A stretch of 55,994 nucleotides of DNA, counting the filler, from Sphacelaria rigidula (Eukaryota), in NCBI GenBank assembly GCA_964200075.2. It is 5 parts of 5 records of this genome, joined end to end, with 100 filler letters (N's around TTAATTAATTAA, not from the genome) between each part and the next. Parts side by side here need not be neighbours in the genome. Positions count along the whole stretch, not along the records: positions 11,221 to 22,339 come from CAXNAA020005361.1; positions 22,440 to 33,558 come from CAXNAA020005362.1; 3 more parts are not named here. The stretch is one strand, 5' to 3'. Shown here one piece after another: positions 11,221 through 23,933 of this stretch; position 1 is the first letter of the stretch; each line of letters opens with the position of its first letter. Made by a program: the position numbers and the translations under genes. The notes beneath the pieces were generated by a model, which was not told the DNA's origin, did no database searches, and saw only the letters and a list, made by a program, of their open reading frames with translations.

Positions 11221-14200
11221 AAGCATCGCGACTGCTCACGAGACTGCATACGGGGGTGTTGGAGTTCAGAGGGTGTTACCGTGGAATACTCATAGGCAGG
11301 GTTAGCCGTGGGTATGGGGGGAAAGGGGGGATACGGTCTGCTGATTGGTCGTATCAGCGAGTGCCATCGATATCGCAAACAAGCAACAAAAAGAGATCGG
11401 CGTCAAAACTTTCCCTGAAAACCCCGCGTGGTACACATACACCGTCCTCCTGCCGCAGAGGTATAATTCTAATTGTGAGGCCCGGGTTTCTTCTTAGTAC
11501 AAATAGAAGTAACTTCTCAGGTGATTCATAGCAAATCGTGCTGTTCAGCTCGGTCTCCTCGAAACATCCAAACGTATACTTCCGTGATAACGTGAGCTCT
11601 TCCTCCATCTCCTGTACTCTCCTGAAAGCTGATACTTGGAAGGAACCCCTGTTCATTCAGTTCACCCGTATTATTCCTTATCCGAAGGCACTCGCACATG
11701 AGAATGCGAGGCCCCCGGATCCTGGTAGCTTAGGTTTGGTGGTTTGAGGAGATGCACTCTATCCGCATTTTTCAAAGCAAATTAGTGGCCCCAAGCGCAC
11801 AATGTGTATTGCGGTACAAAACAAATACTCTGCGCCAGCGTAGTGTCAATGAGGTTTTTGGTTCGAGTGTGGTATCAACAAGCATGTTGTTTCAATTGTG
11901 GTATCTATCCCTACTTATTTCATGTGATTTTTATGTCACGAACAAATTTGATGTACACACTACTGCTGCTGCAAGTACACTGCGTCATTTCAGGGTCTTC
12001 GCTGGTTCTTGATAAATGCACAATAAGGTCTTACCGTGGATTCAAAAACTACCTCCTACGTCAACATAGTGTCAATGAATAGCTCATTGACCTTGTTCAT
12101 TGGTTGGTTTAGCAACGTTTTGGTAAGTTTCCCGCCGACAGTGTTGGGAGATGATATGTGTCTTGTGATATCTTGAAATGTCACTGTGTGGAAACCTCTC
12201 TTGCAAGGGAAAACTAGAAGACGACGTAAGCTGCCGAAGACGGTGGGTCTCTGACTTCTCCTTCTGAAGGCCGCATGATGTTGGGTGGGGGACGGCTTAT
12301 CGAACGTAGTGGGTCACTGTTTCTTACATTTATTGTGGTGGAACAAAAACGTCGGCGGGTGTCACTTGTGTGTCAACCGGGAGCAACCAGAAATATATTG
12401 AGTGGAGCTCTAGTTTGGGCCAAAGCTTGCATGCTCGGCGCGCAGCAGGAGACTCTGGACCCCAAGAAGGCGTTCGAGAAATCCCAGCACACGAACGAGG
12501 ACGTTCGAAAGATCCCACTACGGAAATTAGGTAAACTATTTTCCTCCGCTAGCAACTACCGCATATTTCTCCAGGAGGAGCCTTCAGCGCGGGATACTGA
12601 AACACACATACATCTTGATGAACTTCCTTCGCTGTCTCCACGGTAAGGGGCGATTTTTTCCCCCAAGAAACTTGCAATTATGGACCAGAGAAGTCCCTTG
12701 CAAAAGCCGGGCAGGTTCTTCGAAAGTGACCCTGGGTCAGACGAACGCGCCCAGCAGGACCAACTTGTTGTCTCTTATCATGCCTTCCCTGTGCGCAGAT
12801 GTCTCGTTGAAAGGCACAATCTCATGTAGTGTACCTCTCAAAACATGCCTCACAACCATCACAGCGCAGAGTGTAGAAAAAGCGGTTTCTTGACAAAATC
12901 GTGCATTCTCCTCGGAACCCCCCCCACCCCCCCCCTCCCAAAGTGTTCGTACGGGCCAGGGCTCCATATATTCATGCACACCTGATTTACCACTGGTCTC
13001 ACCCGAAACACAGTGTCGAGGATTGGAGCAATACCAACGGTTCAGCGCGGTTCTTAGCCTCGTTTTCGCCTTTAGTCCGAAACGTTTCAGTCTGTTTTTG
13101 CGTTTAACGTGGTCTTTTCTAGCCTGCCGCTACTGCATCCTACATAGCTACCAGTGGTTACCTTTCCATGATGAGGTCGATCACGATAGGTTCTCCGAAT
13201 TCTTCCTTCATAAGATCCGGGTGAACGATGGTCGTCATAGCCTTGTTGAAGTCTACGAAGGCTTTCGGAACCATTTCGGTGAGCTGGGATTTCTGTGATG
13301 CCTGCAGTTCGATCGATTTTCAGTTGCGCGCACGGGGGGAAAGGCGGAGTCATGATGATTTCGAGCTCTTTCTCAAGCACACAAGAAAGTGGTCAAGCTC
13401 GCCCTGAAGGCAAGGTCGTTCACACACAGCCGTAGAACCACGGATCACGTACCGTCGACCTGCAGGGAGCAAACAAATACACTTATATTCTCCAGAACAG
13501 AGGCTCAAAGGGCGGCAACCACATGTGAAAATAAAAAAAAAGGCTGCAGCTTGCAATTAGAATCATATGAGTCATGAGATGCCCAGCCTAAAATTCGCAG
13601 AGGTTTGGAAAAGATTGGCGAAAGAATCAAGCCCCATTTTCAGGCCCCATACATATGTCTCTATATAGTCTCAAACGGTAACCCCAATCAAAAAGGTTCA
13701 TATTTTCCGGCATGTATTGGAGCCCTGCCCTGATCAGTATGACGAAAGGTATACAACGGATCGATTTCAACCAGAAAGACTACTACATCTATCGATCGCA
13801 TCTGCAGCTGGGCACGATAGTACTAATGCATGTTTACAGCACGCTCACCAGACAGTCGGACAGTCTACTAAGAACACTGCCGATGACTTGCAGTAACACT
13901 CCGCAGGTACCGTGAAAGCTGATGATGTCGATCAATCAATGTGGCTGTACTATTATATAACCCTCTCCCCTCATTCTAGTTCCCCTCCCCGATAAAGTTG
14001 TGTGGGTTGCGGTCGGTATACCGTAGGGCAACATGCAGCACTCGTGAATAGTAAATAACCTCTGCTCACTACAAGCTCGTTCGCGCATATCATCCATAAT
14101 TCGCTCATCAGCAAATGTCTTTCGCAATACCTACCCAATGAACGCATGCATTGTATCATACTGACCGCCACGGGCAACTGAAGAGGGTGACATAGCTGGA

Positions 14201-15118
14201 TTTGTGTTTAAAGTGATAGCGGTGGCGCTAAGGACGAAAATGTTCCCCAACCAATCAGCGCCCTTCAAATTGTTCTGGTATGAAAAATACTAATTCCCTG
14301 AAAAAATTCCACCAAATTTTCACATGCTTGGAGCCATGGTGACCGCCATTGGCTCAGGAATCTAACATTAAAAAAAAAGCGAAAACGTCTATTATGGGAT
14401 CGAACTATACCCCATGTCGTGTTTTTTCGGTCATGTGGGGTTTTGGCGTCACTGGACTCCCACGAATGATGCACGCCCAAGATCCAGGAAGCCTCCTGAT
14501 CGTTTCCCTTATTTTCTGTCGTAGAAAAGCTCAGATCGTCCTCAAACTTGGGGTTCGTCGGCTATTGGTGCTCGAAATTCAAAATTGTTTTGTTGAAAAT
14601 ATTAAAAATAGTGCAAGGGGCAAGTCGCAAAAGAGGTCGTTGATCACAACTCGAGGTGTGATGCATGATAGATGGTGTGTTGTTCAAGCCGGTGACAGTA
14701 TATTCCGCGGCCACTATTCCGTCATGTTTCTATCGAATTTGATATTTCTCCGCTCTCTACCGGCTTTGCGGGATTCTGGCGTGAAGACTCCCGGAAGCCG
14801 GTAGAGAATACCTCAAGACAAAAACAAGCACGCGTCCGGGGTAGTGGAAGAAACATTTGTACGAAGTTTCGTTGTTTAGCTCGAAACCCTGATGCAACGG
14901 GGCCGTTTTCACGATAAACGTACCCGAAAAGTCGAGTTTGATACCACAATTCAGTAGGTAAGGGTATGTACCTTTTGCTCACGTAATCGCCCAAAACCGA
15001 ACAAGTCCACGCTGTATTTTGGAGCGAGACTGTTTCTTGCGGTTTGGTTGTGAGGCGGGGCATTTTCCACTTTTGGGGGTTTTACACGGTTGTCGGCCCC
15101 CAAACACGTCTTCACCAC

Positions 15119-15470
15119 TTCGAATCACCCACTGAGAGGAGTCTAGCCCACTTTTCCGATTCACTTGGCTCCGAGGTTCCGGAGGTGGCCTCTGACCAAA
15201 ATACAGCTGAACAAGAAAAATGGAAAGGTGGGCTAAACTCATCTCGGTGGGGTGATGCAAAGTGTCCAAGACTTGTGAGAATGGCGATATTCCCTGCTTG
15301 GAGACAAAGTCGAAAATACTTGCAGAGAACGCTCTTTTTTGTCCAGCTCTATTTTTGTTCAGAGGCCGTCCTCTAAACCTCGGAGCCAAGCGAACCGGGG
15401 GGAAAGTGTGCTAGACTCCTCTTGGTGGGGTGATGCAAAGTGTTCAAGAAGTGTGATGGCGATATTTTTT
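15119..15470. repeat. Nested inverted and direct repeats (fold-back element remnant)
   Basis: ~15119-15220 is the imperfect reverse complement of ~15335-15438. ggtggggtgatgcaaagtgt..aaga..tgtga..atggcgatatt occurs twice in direct orientation (~15231-15292 and ~15410-15468). Confidence 0.6.
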
Positions 15471-15609
15471 ATTTGGGAGCCAAAACCCGTGTCAGATGAT
15501 GTCCAAAAAGTAGAAGAATACGTCCCGCCCCCCCCGTCCACCTCCCTCCCGAATACCAACCGAAACAAGCGGTTTCAAGACTCTTGAAACTTGACACACA
15601 TATATATTA

Positions 15610-15866
15610 GAGCAATGCTACGGTAGGGGTGCAGTTCCTTCGCGAAATATTGTCTAGTTCAGGGGCTCCTAACGATTCTAGATGCACAAGAATATGGCGT
15701 AGGGCATCCTCGTTTGCAAATTCATCCGGGATATCCCCAGCACATTGAAGTAGTAATCCTGGCGTGCTTTCACTTATTTTCACAAGTGGTGTTTCACATG
15801 AGATAAAGGGCTCCTAACAATTCTAACCTCAGAAAATATTTGTGCACCCCTACCGTAGCATCACTC
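15610..15866. mobile_element. MITE (~257 bp), possibly PIF/Harbinger (Tourist)-like
   Basis: Terminal inverted repeats gagcaatgctacggtaggggtgca / tgcacccctaccgtagcatcactc in AT-rich flanks; non-coding interior with repeated gggctcctaac.attcta. TSD is ambiguous. Confidence 0.6.
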
Positions 15867-18295
15867 ATTATAGAGGCGATTACGATTTTTCTCGTAGTTG
15901 GGGTATATCGATTCTTGATTTTCGCCGGTTATCAGGGGTCCCAGAAGGGCATTTGATGATTCGCCCAAGACCCTGGGACCTGGGATAACAGGTAAAAACA
16001 AAACAATCGAAAGACCTGAATTTGAAAAGTTTCGTTGTGACCCGTTGAATACGCGGTTATCTTCTTAGCGTCTAACTTCGAAAAACGGCATGAAGCTTTT
16101 TGCGGGTGCGTAAATTCCGGGTGTGATGAACATGAACAAGCCTGTAGACCTCCATCGGGAATGATGTCGACCGTCGACCTCCCCGCCGGCAACCCCGACG
16201 CTCAAGCATTGTGGCTGACCCACTCACTACTCTCCATTTACGAGCATCGCCCCAAATAACGAAACACCGTGTTATCCGTGGTCCCCAACCCCTGACGCGT
16301 GTATAGACTGTGTTCAAAATCAGTCCTCAATATTCCCAGTGATCCACCCAGCCTGGCATATCTGGTGCCCGACGGAGGCAGCACGCGTGTCTGTTTCTGG
16401 CCCTCCATGGTCCAAAAAAATTCACTCTTCATGGACAACAAAAGTATATAGTGGTAGTAGACTGCACACTGCAGTCTACATTCATTTACTGGGGGCACTG
16501 TGTACACAATACATTCGTAATGTACATCGGACATACACAATGGCCTGGTGCTTGGCCTCCACCAACACCAATCAGTTTGCCGGCGGAGTTAGTTGTCCTC
16601 GATGCTCGAACTGCCGATACTGTTAGGCATATATTTATACGGCCACTATACCTCCGGGTGGGTGTCGCCCACTACACAGTGGCACAATCTCTCTACACTG
16701 TTGTACAGGCACTTGATGATCTCCTGAAATCTATGCTCGCGTTGACAGGCCGGTCGGTGCGAAAGATATCTCCGAAAGCATCTTGGTGGGAGATTGTACC
16801 TCGATCAACCTTCGACGATTACTAGGAGCGAATGCTTGACCCACTCCCCACCCGTGGTTTGGTGCCACTCGTGCTGTTAGCCTCTGACAGGGACTTTTTG
16901 GTATCTCTGGGCTTGAGCTGGGAGACGCTTATACCGCTGTGACTTTGCTCTCGTACTTACAGGCAAGCTCAACAGATACATGCCACGCACACACTTTGTT
17001 CACAATTGTCGTAATGCGTGCATCGCGGATACAATGCGATGCTGCTGCAGGAAGTTCTGCCCGTCCTATGGATCTAGACTTAATATTAGCATATATCGTA
17101 CCGTGATAGTCTTGGGGTTGATATGTATGAGCTTCATGGCTCCGCCCCTCATGCTCGATGTCGATGCGGTGGACAGGCGAAGGAGACTTGCTGCTGTCGT
17201 GGTGTATCCCCCCCTTTTGTTCGGGAAAACTTGTTGGTGCGTCGAGGCTGCTGCTTCCGACTCTCTCTTGATGATATTAAGCAGGGGGTGCGGGAACACT
17301 ACGTATCGGCGACGTATGTCAATGTGCCTTGATGACGAAGTGAGGATGGGGGGGTGGGTGTTCGATGTAGGTACTGGTCGTTGCCGTCTCGATCCTTGCG
17401 GGGATTTGAGCATGGCGGGTGGCGGGGGTGCGGGGATCGAGCGTGGGCGGAAAGGTTCGCAGGTTTACAGAAACTGCACACGACTAATAAATGTGGGTTG
17501 TCGATTTTGGCCACAATTCGGCCATGGCGAAACATGAAGAAGATGTAGAAGAGGGGAGAATATTTGTGCTATCGGTTACGTGCTGGAGGACAAAGAGCCA
17601 AGCTCCGCGAGATCACTCAAATCGCGGTGGGGAAAGGTATCCCCGCAGTCGACGGAAGAATTCCAAATTCGTCCGTTACATTATTTTGTTTCGTAACAAC
17701 ACGAGATTCGAGGGTCGGCTGTCTGTTCCCGTTGGTCATGAGGTCGACCGTTTGAAAACTTACTCCTTTGGTGCAGATTTCCGTACGATTATACACATTC
17801 CTTGACCGAACATCGACGATCTGCTGAGGTCAGCAGCAGCATCGGGGTAGAATGTTGTGTTCCAGCAACGTTGGGGCGCCGGTGTTGGGGCAAACGGTTG
17901 GGCTTATCGAGACAAAGGGGATCAGGAAGCGAAATAAAAAAAATCGAGTCAGGCGCAGCTTATTGCTTGTCCACAACAAATACTGGTACCTCGCTACAAC
18001 TAGCTGTACTGGCTTCTGTAGGGGAGTGGCGTTTTTGTCGGCGCTGGCAGACGCAGTGGGGAATAGGTCCGGATATCTCAACGCTTGTAACTGAAACATG
18101 CCGGTGACTGCAACACGCGCGTGACCGAAACACATCACGCCTACACTACCGCGCCTAGCCCGAACAAGCAAGCACGGACACCCACATCACAACAACAAGT
18201 GCATCACGCCTAGCACTAGCTCTCGCTCATCTACGATTATCGCGATAGTCACATACACATCAGGCCGCGATCGAAAGTTGAGTTGGAAGTTGTTC

Positions 18296-18353
18296 ACGTC
18301 CCACCGGTGAGACAACGTCCCACCGGTGAGACAACGTCCCACCGGTGAGACAA
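18296..18353. repeat. Tandem repeat, 3 x 19 bp (acgtcccaccggtgagaca)
   Basis: Three exact head-to-tail copies. Confidence 0.9.
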
Positions 18354-19178
18354 TCCGAGCACTCTTTATAACGGCCGACAATCCAGGGGTCTGTCGAGAG
18401 AAAAGGATCAGACACGGAGCCCCCCCCCCCCTTCCCGGAGGGCAATTTTGAAGAGATTATCATGATTTTTTGTGATTTTTTGTGATTTTATTCATGTACG
18501 AGCTGGGCCAGCCAACAGTGGATAGTTTTCTCGCTCAGGCGACGCACGGCGTAAAATAAGGAGTTGGACGCTGAAAAGTTGGCAGGAGCTTATTATGATG
18601 ATCGACATGCAGAACATCCCGAGAGCAGCTGAGAAAGGAGGAAAAAAAAAGTAGGTAATGGAATTTGAAATTTCAGCAAAAACAAGATAATGGGGGTGCT
18701 TGCGCGGATGGAACTCGGGTTTGGTCCTGAGGTTCAGAGCAAGATGCAACTGTCACCCGACTTCGGTTAAACAAGTAGGTTTTAAAGACCCCACCGACTA
18801 TGGTGATGTGAAGACCAAATTTGGGTGTTGGGCCAGGTTGGGCTCGGTCTTTCCTATTGGCCAACAATCCCAAGTCCGCTCGACCTTTACCGGTACGGTG
18901 TTTTGGGAAGCAAATTTGCCCCCAAAGTCCGCAGCAAAAATATCGTTTTGATCTTCCCTCGGTTTGGTCTTTTGGATATTCATGCTATTGGTCGGTAGAC
19001 CCGAAGGGTTTTCCGTCCTCCCAGCACAAACCACACCAGCTCTATCATCGCGCGTAGGGCGTACACCACACCATACTGTACGCCGAAGACGGTTGGTGTG
19101 ACATTGGTATATCGAAGTACTCCGGCGGGAATTTTTCACACAACGGTCCATATGCCGCGGCTACCGTATACACATTAC

Positions 19179-19278
19179 CAGCTATCGAGTACTCGGTGAG
19201 GGTCACCGGTGCTGCTGACGACAACATTAGCTAACTTGCCGTGAGCGGTTACGCCACCAAGATATGAGGGGAGTGCCG
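19179..19278 (-). CDS. Candidate exon D of unidentified spliced gene (ALPSYLGGVTAHGKLANVVVSSTGDPHRVLDS)
   Basis: cag acceptor and gtaatg donor; phase-1 start matches the end of exon C. Confidence 0.35.
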
Positions 19279-20283
19279 CTGTGCAGTTGTAACCGTTGGT
19301 TTGGCTATCACGCCGTCACTGAGAGTTAAACAACAGACAGGACAAAATGACACATTCGTCGCAGGGGAACACGTGGAACCACTTCACTTGACATGATTGT
19401 CATACCGACTACGCACCGCGTTGAGTTGCAACGCTTGCCTATCTCCCGCACCAACGTTTGTCTACTCTGATGTGGTAGCTACCGTCTGCCACAAACCATA
19501 CTATATGTACGCTCCGTTAGCCGCGGTGCGCCAGGGACTGCAGCAACTTGCCTGCGCGTCTCCCGACGAGATTGCGACCACCGATCTCACCAACTCTCCC
19601 GCCCTACTCCCGGAATCCAAAACATCCACGAACCCGACGAGACATGACTCGTTTTGACTCGAGTTATCATGATCCATGTTGGAAAATGAAGACGAGTATG
19701 AGTCAGGTCCTACAAATATTGAGAAAATCAGCCCCCAAGTCGTAAATCGTCGGGGGAGTCACACGAGTCTCACTCAGAATCATCTAACATGTGAAATTGT
19801 CCTGCTTATACATCTCCAAGCACTAGTTCTTAAGCCTAGTGCCCACGCCACTTTACCCTACTTTCCCATCTTCTTCACCCTCCACCGTTTCTCGAGTTTC
19901 TCCTCACTAGTTTTTCCGTTCATATACCCTAGGTACTCCTACCCTATTGTACAGCCACGGATAGATTTCGTGGCGGACAGCCAATGTGCGACAATCCATA
20001 CTTTTACCCCTTACCGTACCACGTTATCTGCGAGTGATACCTTCGTAATCACTACGAGACATTGTAGACGCCACCTCTGTACGCGCGCGTGGGGAGAAAG
20101 GGTCGGAGAGGGGGGGGGGCGAGTCCTACATGATCTCAACCACGATGTTCCGGAAGCATCAGTCCACGTCTCCGCCCTTGCTTGGAATTTAGTTATCTGC
20201 GACGAGTAGAGTACGGTGTGCCATTTCCCGTCGTTTTGGACGTTTCGATCGGACTCGAGGAAGATGGCGTTACCATCCCATAC

Positions 20284-20426
20284 CACCAGGTGCGAACACG
20301 AAGCCATTCCGGGGCCGAGCGTGGTCGTACGGTCCCTTGGCCATGAGTACCGTGGCTCGAAGAAGGGTGAGCTTTTCACTCAACGCCCAAGAAACCAGAC
20401 GGGGGTACTCCAAGCAGTTGTGGAAG
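20284..20426 (-). CDS. Candidate exon C of unidentified spliced gene (FHNCLEYPRLVSWALSEKLTLLRATVLMAKGPYDHARPRNGFVFAPG)
   Basis: Long pyrimidine tract plus ctacag acceptor; phase-2 start matches exon B. Donor gtatgg (alternative 3 nt earlier). Confidence 0.45.
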
Positions 20427-20910
20427 CTGTAGATATCGGGGAGATCGGGGCAGGAGTGGAAGGACGCGTATTGGGCGTGGGAGAGGTCACTTGTTGTTCG
20501 GTTTGCAGTGAGTTGTGAAATTTCCTTGCATTCTACAACATCTTCGACAGTGCGCATTGTCAGTTGAGGGATGCGTGAGTAAAAATTGGTCGTGCTCGCG
20601 TATACTAGGGCAATCGGGTAACAAGTAATCTATCACCACGAGATTGCTTACGTTGTTGGAGACTACTACCTCCTACCAAGCGACTGCGCGCTAGGAAAAT
20701 GCGGGCATCGAGATCACACGACTTCACCACACACGGAGGGCCTGTAGTTCTTGCCATCTAGTATGTAGCGTATCGTCAAGACAATGTCGGGCTGGTCGAA
20801 CATATGGTACGGTATGGTATTTGTAGTACACCGAACCCCAAAGAGCAGCAAACCACCAAAACTCTAGCAATAACGGACGGACGTACAGAAAAACAAACCA
20901 TACCGCGCAC

Positions 20911-21016
20911 CTCGGCATGGGCAATGATTTCTCCTTATGAAGCCTAGAGCCTTCCCTGAACAAGGCCTTGAACACCTCGTCGGACTTCGCCACCTGATAC
21001 CCGACAAGATTAAACC
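20911..21016 (-). CDS. Candidate exon B of unidentified spliced gene (FNLVGYQVAKSDEVFKALFREGSRLHKEKSLPMP)
   Basis: Pyrimidine-rich ..ctctctcggccag acceptor and gag|gtgcgc donor; phases fit both neighbours. Confidence 0.5.
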
Positions 21017-21746
21017 CTGGCCGAGAGAGTGCGTAGGATGAGGGAGGCGACGCATGCAGGTGTGGGCCTTGAGGTGTGAACGAGGTTGGGATCAACGCTG
21101 TGAACGTCGTTCCATACCCACCTATGGCGCGTGTTCGTCGACCCCAAGGCACGGATAGTCTGTAGCGGTCGCGTCTCCCAAGCAACAACTGATACGTGGA
21201 ACGAACCGCCATTGAATATGCGCACCACGAAATGCCTCCGAAGCATCCACCTGATATAATATCCCAGGATTGTGTTCTGTAGGGTACGATACGACGTTTT
21301 GTATACAAGGAGTATTTGCTCGGGTATTACCCGTAGCCCTACAGTTTTGTAAATTCTGTCACCCTCCCATACCGGTACCCAACAGCTCAGTAAGATCTGT
21401 ACGCAATGTTTACCCTTACCTGGGGTACGGGTATACCCTTGTAGGAACAGCCGGTTGCGGGTAAGGGTTCCCGTACAACTTCCATGCCGTACCCGACAGG
21501 TTCTCCGAGTTCTACCACGCCTGTCATATCGCTACCCGGCAGTTCTGTTGAGTTCTGTAAAAAACACCATACCCTGCCGAACGTACCCGTACCCTGCAGA
21601 ACACAACGATGGAATGTTTACCCTATAGACGAATGCCGCCCCGTGGGATTCACGAATCAGGCAACCATATTGATGGAAGGTTAATATCTTGTCCACAAAC
21701 AAACAAACGGTTGCGAAGAGTGCGAGGAATACGGTCTTATCCGCAC

Positions 21747-21951
21747 CTGTACTGTACCCGACCACTTCGCCATCTGCGCCCCTGGCCACAAGCCTGCGTG
21801 GCGGGCACCCATTGCGCGGATGATGAAGTACGTCGTAGCGCCATACCGGCAACAGCGGATGGCAAGGGGAAATCGATCCGAAGCGCTTCAGAATTTTGCG
21901 CGACGAGTGTAGTAGCAAGGTGTCACCCGCATATTTTGGCGTCGATTGCTC
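21747..21951 (-). CDS. Candidate exon A of unidentified spliced gene (EQSTPKYAGDTLLLHSSRKILKRFG...GEVVGYST)
   Basis: cctccgtag acceptor and cag|gtgcgg donor; phase-1 end joins exon B in frame. Confidence 0.45.
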
Positions 21952-22286
21952 CTACGGAGGATACGCGAGCTTTTGGCTCCGGAAATGCCCAATCCTTCTT
22001 TTTACCTACCGCAGTATATTGCTCTCTCCGCGGGAGAGTGACGGCGCAGCCGGTTCGTGAGCGCGGCACTCAGCCACCTACAAAAAGTGTTCCCGACTAT
22101 ACTTCGATCGAGGTTCAAGAGGTAGGGCCCAAGTTCTTGGGAGCCACGAACAAGTCCACCAGTCAAAGGCCGTCACTACCAGTGCTTGATTGGCTCTTAT
22201 TTCTTTTGATTCATGTGAAAATGTGGTTTTCTTCGACGGATATTCGTGGCAATATATTCACATATTAAACAACCAAAACCCAAAAC

Positions 22287-22339
<53 letters not shown>

Positions 22340-22439
22340 NNNNNNNNNNNNNNNNNNNNNNNNNNNNNNNNNNNNNNNNNNNNTTAATTAATTAANNNNN
22401 NNNNNNNNNNNNNNNNNNNNNNNNNNNNNNNNNNNNNNN
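22340..22439. other. Artificial contig linker N44-TTAATTAATTAA-N44 (preceded by a ~50-nt poly-A run)
   Basis: Same 100-bp spacer as at 11121. Confidence 0.97.
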
Positions 22440-22494
22440 ATAAGATATGTAGACAATTTTTTTGTATTGTTTGAAAGAAACGTAATGAGCGCCG

Positions 22495-22790
22495 GAATGT
22501 AGGAGATGTCTCTATTAGGAGTAGGAACGGTGCTCCGTCTCGAAAGGGATGCGTGGTCAATGGTCGAACGACTAAGGCAAGCAACAAATGAGTACGCCCC
22601 CCCCAAAACAAAACTAGAGCTGAGCACACCAAGCACCTGGAAACTCGCACGCTTGGGATTGCCTTGGCCAATGTCGTCCATATGAAGCGCTTCATGCAGC
22701 CTGAAAACAGTTATGATGCGTTGTATAGCCATTTCTTTGTGACAGTTTTGGGGCCGGTTCGGGGGGAACGTTATCGCGGTATCACTCGCA
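22495..22790. repeat. Dispersed non-coding repeat family (gtgctccgtctcgaaagggatgcgtggtcaatggtc..gactaaggcaagcaacaaatgagtacgccccccc)
   Basis: Core recurs at ~32793-32870, ~33073-33172 and ~52747-52822. The downstream part (ttgggattgcc..catatgaagcgcttcatgcagcct) recurs at ~55755-55880. Related copies lie at ~33200-33480 and ~45130-45400. Confidence 0.75.
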
Positions 22791-23601
22791 GCGGGTGGGT
22801 ATCATGCGAGATCGGGGACGGGAATCAAGATTCAGCAGCAGAAGCGGCCAGCTTGCATTTGTGGCGTCAAACGTGCAAGTTCCTCTGTTCTTGCTGTTTG
22901 TTGCTGGGCTATATTCCGTCGGATGCTCCCCATTTTCTGATACAATTATTCGGAAACAATTTCACGTAAAACGTTCCGCCAAAAAGAGTCAGGTACAGGT
23001 ACAGCTACGAGATGAGGGGAGCGAATCGTACAATTTCAGTCACGCCTGCTGGGTTCGTGCCTCGGCTGCGAGTACCTGGTCGTCGTGACCAATCATATGG
23101 CCACAAAAATTGTGGCGAGATATATGTACTGCTGCCAGTATAGTGCTTGAAATTGTCCCAAAAAGTGTCCGCGTGTACCCGAATGTGACCGTTTACCTTC
23201 CTGCAAAAATAGGAGCTCCGTCAACGTGCTCCGGTCCCTCTCTGATTTTGTGGTTTGCATGATGATACAGTCTCACCTCGGCCATACTCTGATGTCGCTC
23301 TTCATGTATGTTCGCCAGGCTTGGGTGTCTTTCGTGGGCAGTGACAGAGGCCAAATCAGCGACGGAAAGATCTGGACGTGCAAGACAAGGTCTTGGGAGA
23401 AGGAAGACAAGGAAGTTCGCCTCGCCGAAAGATCTTGGTCGCCCTTCCCGATTGTGACATCCGGGTGAGAGAAGAGAAAAAGAGGCAAAAAACGAGAAAA
23501 TATTTGGGAGCATAACTGTCGTTGTGGATATATCCTTCTACAGTATGCGATGATATATCCATAATATATCTATATGTGTAGATGTTGTGAAGGCTATCGG
23601 C

Positions 23602-23933
23602 TTCATTTATTTTCGATCATTTTTTTTATTCATTTGTCGCACTTCGATCCCCTCCCCTTCCTCGAGACGAGGCCGTGGTCTAATGGTCTCAAGGGATCAA
23701 CCCATCTCCCCCCGGTACACGCCTTGCACTTTGGCCTCGCAGATTGGGTCAGCACTTCCGCACCGCGTCAACTCGCGTCAAACATACCCAATCGACTACT
23801 TTGTTTACTCATGTTCTCACGCTTGCCACGGTGTAAATAAGATATTACGAAGAAAAACCCAACGCATCGAGAATCGAACTCTCGTTCTCTCCATCCTAAT
23901 GGCGACAATTGGACCATTACACCACCGGGGCGC
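23602..23933 (-). mobile_element. tRNA-derived SINE, apparently full length (~330 bp)
   Basis: Minus-strand head gcgccccggtggtgtaatgg (A box-like) ... gagttcgattctc (B box-like), then a conserved body and A-rich tail. Other copies lie at 29295-29540, 33659-33745 and 44700-44776. Confidence 0.75.
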
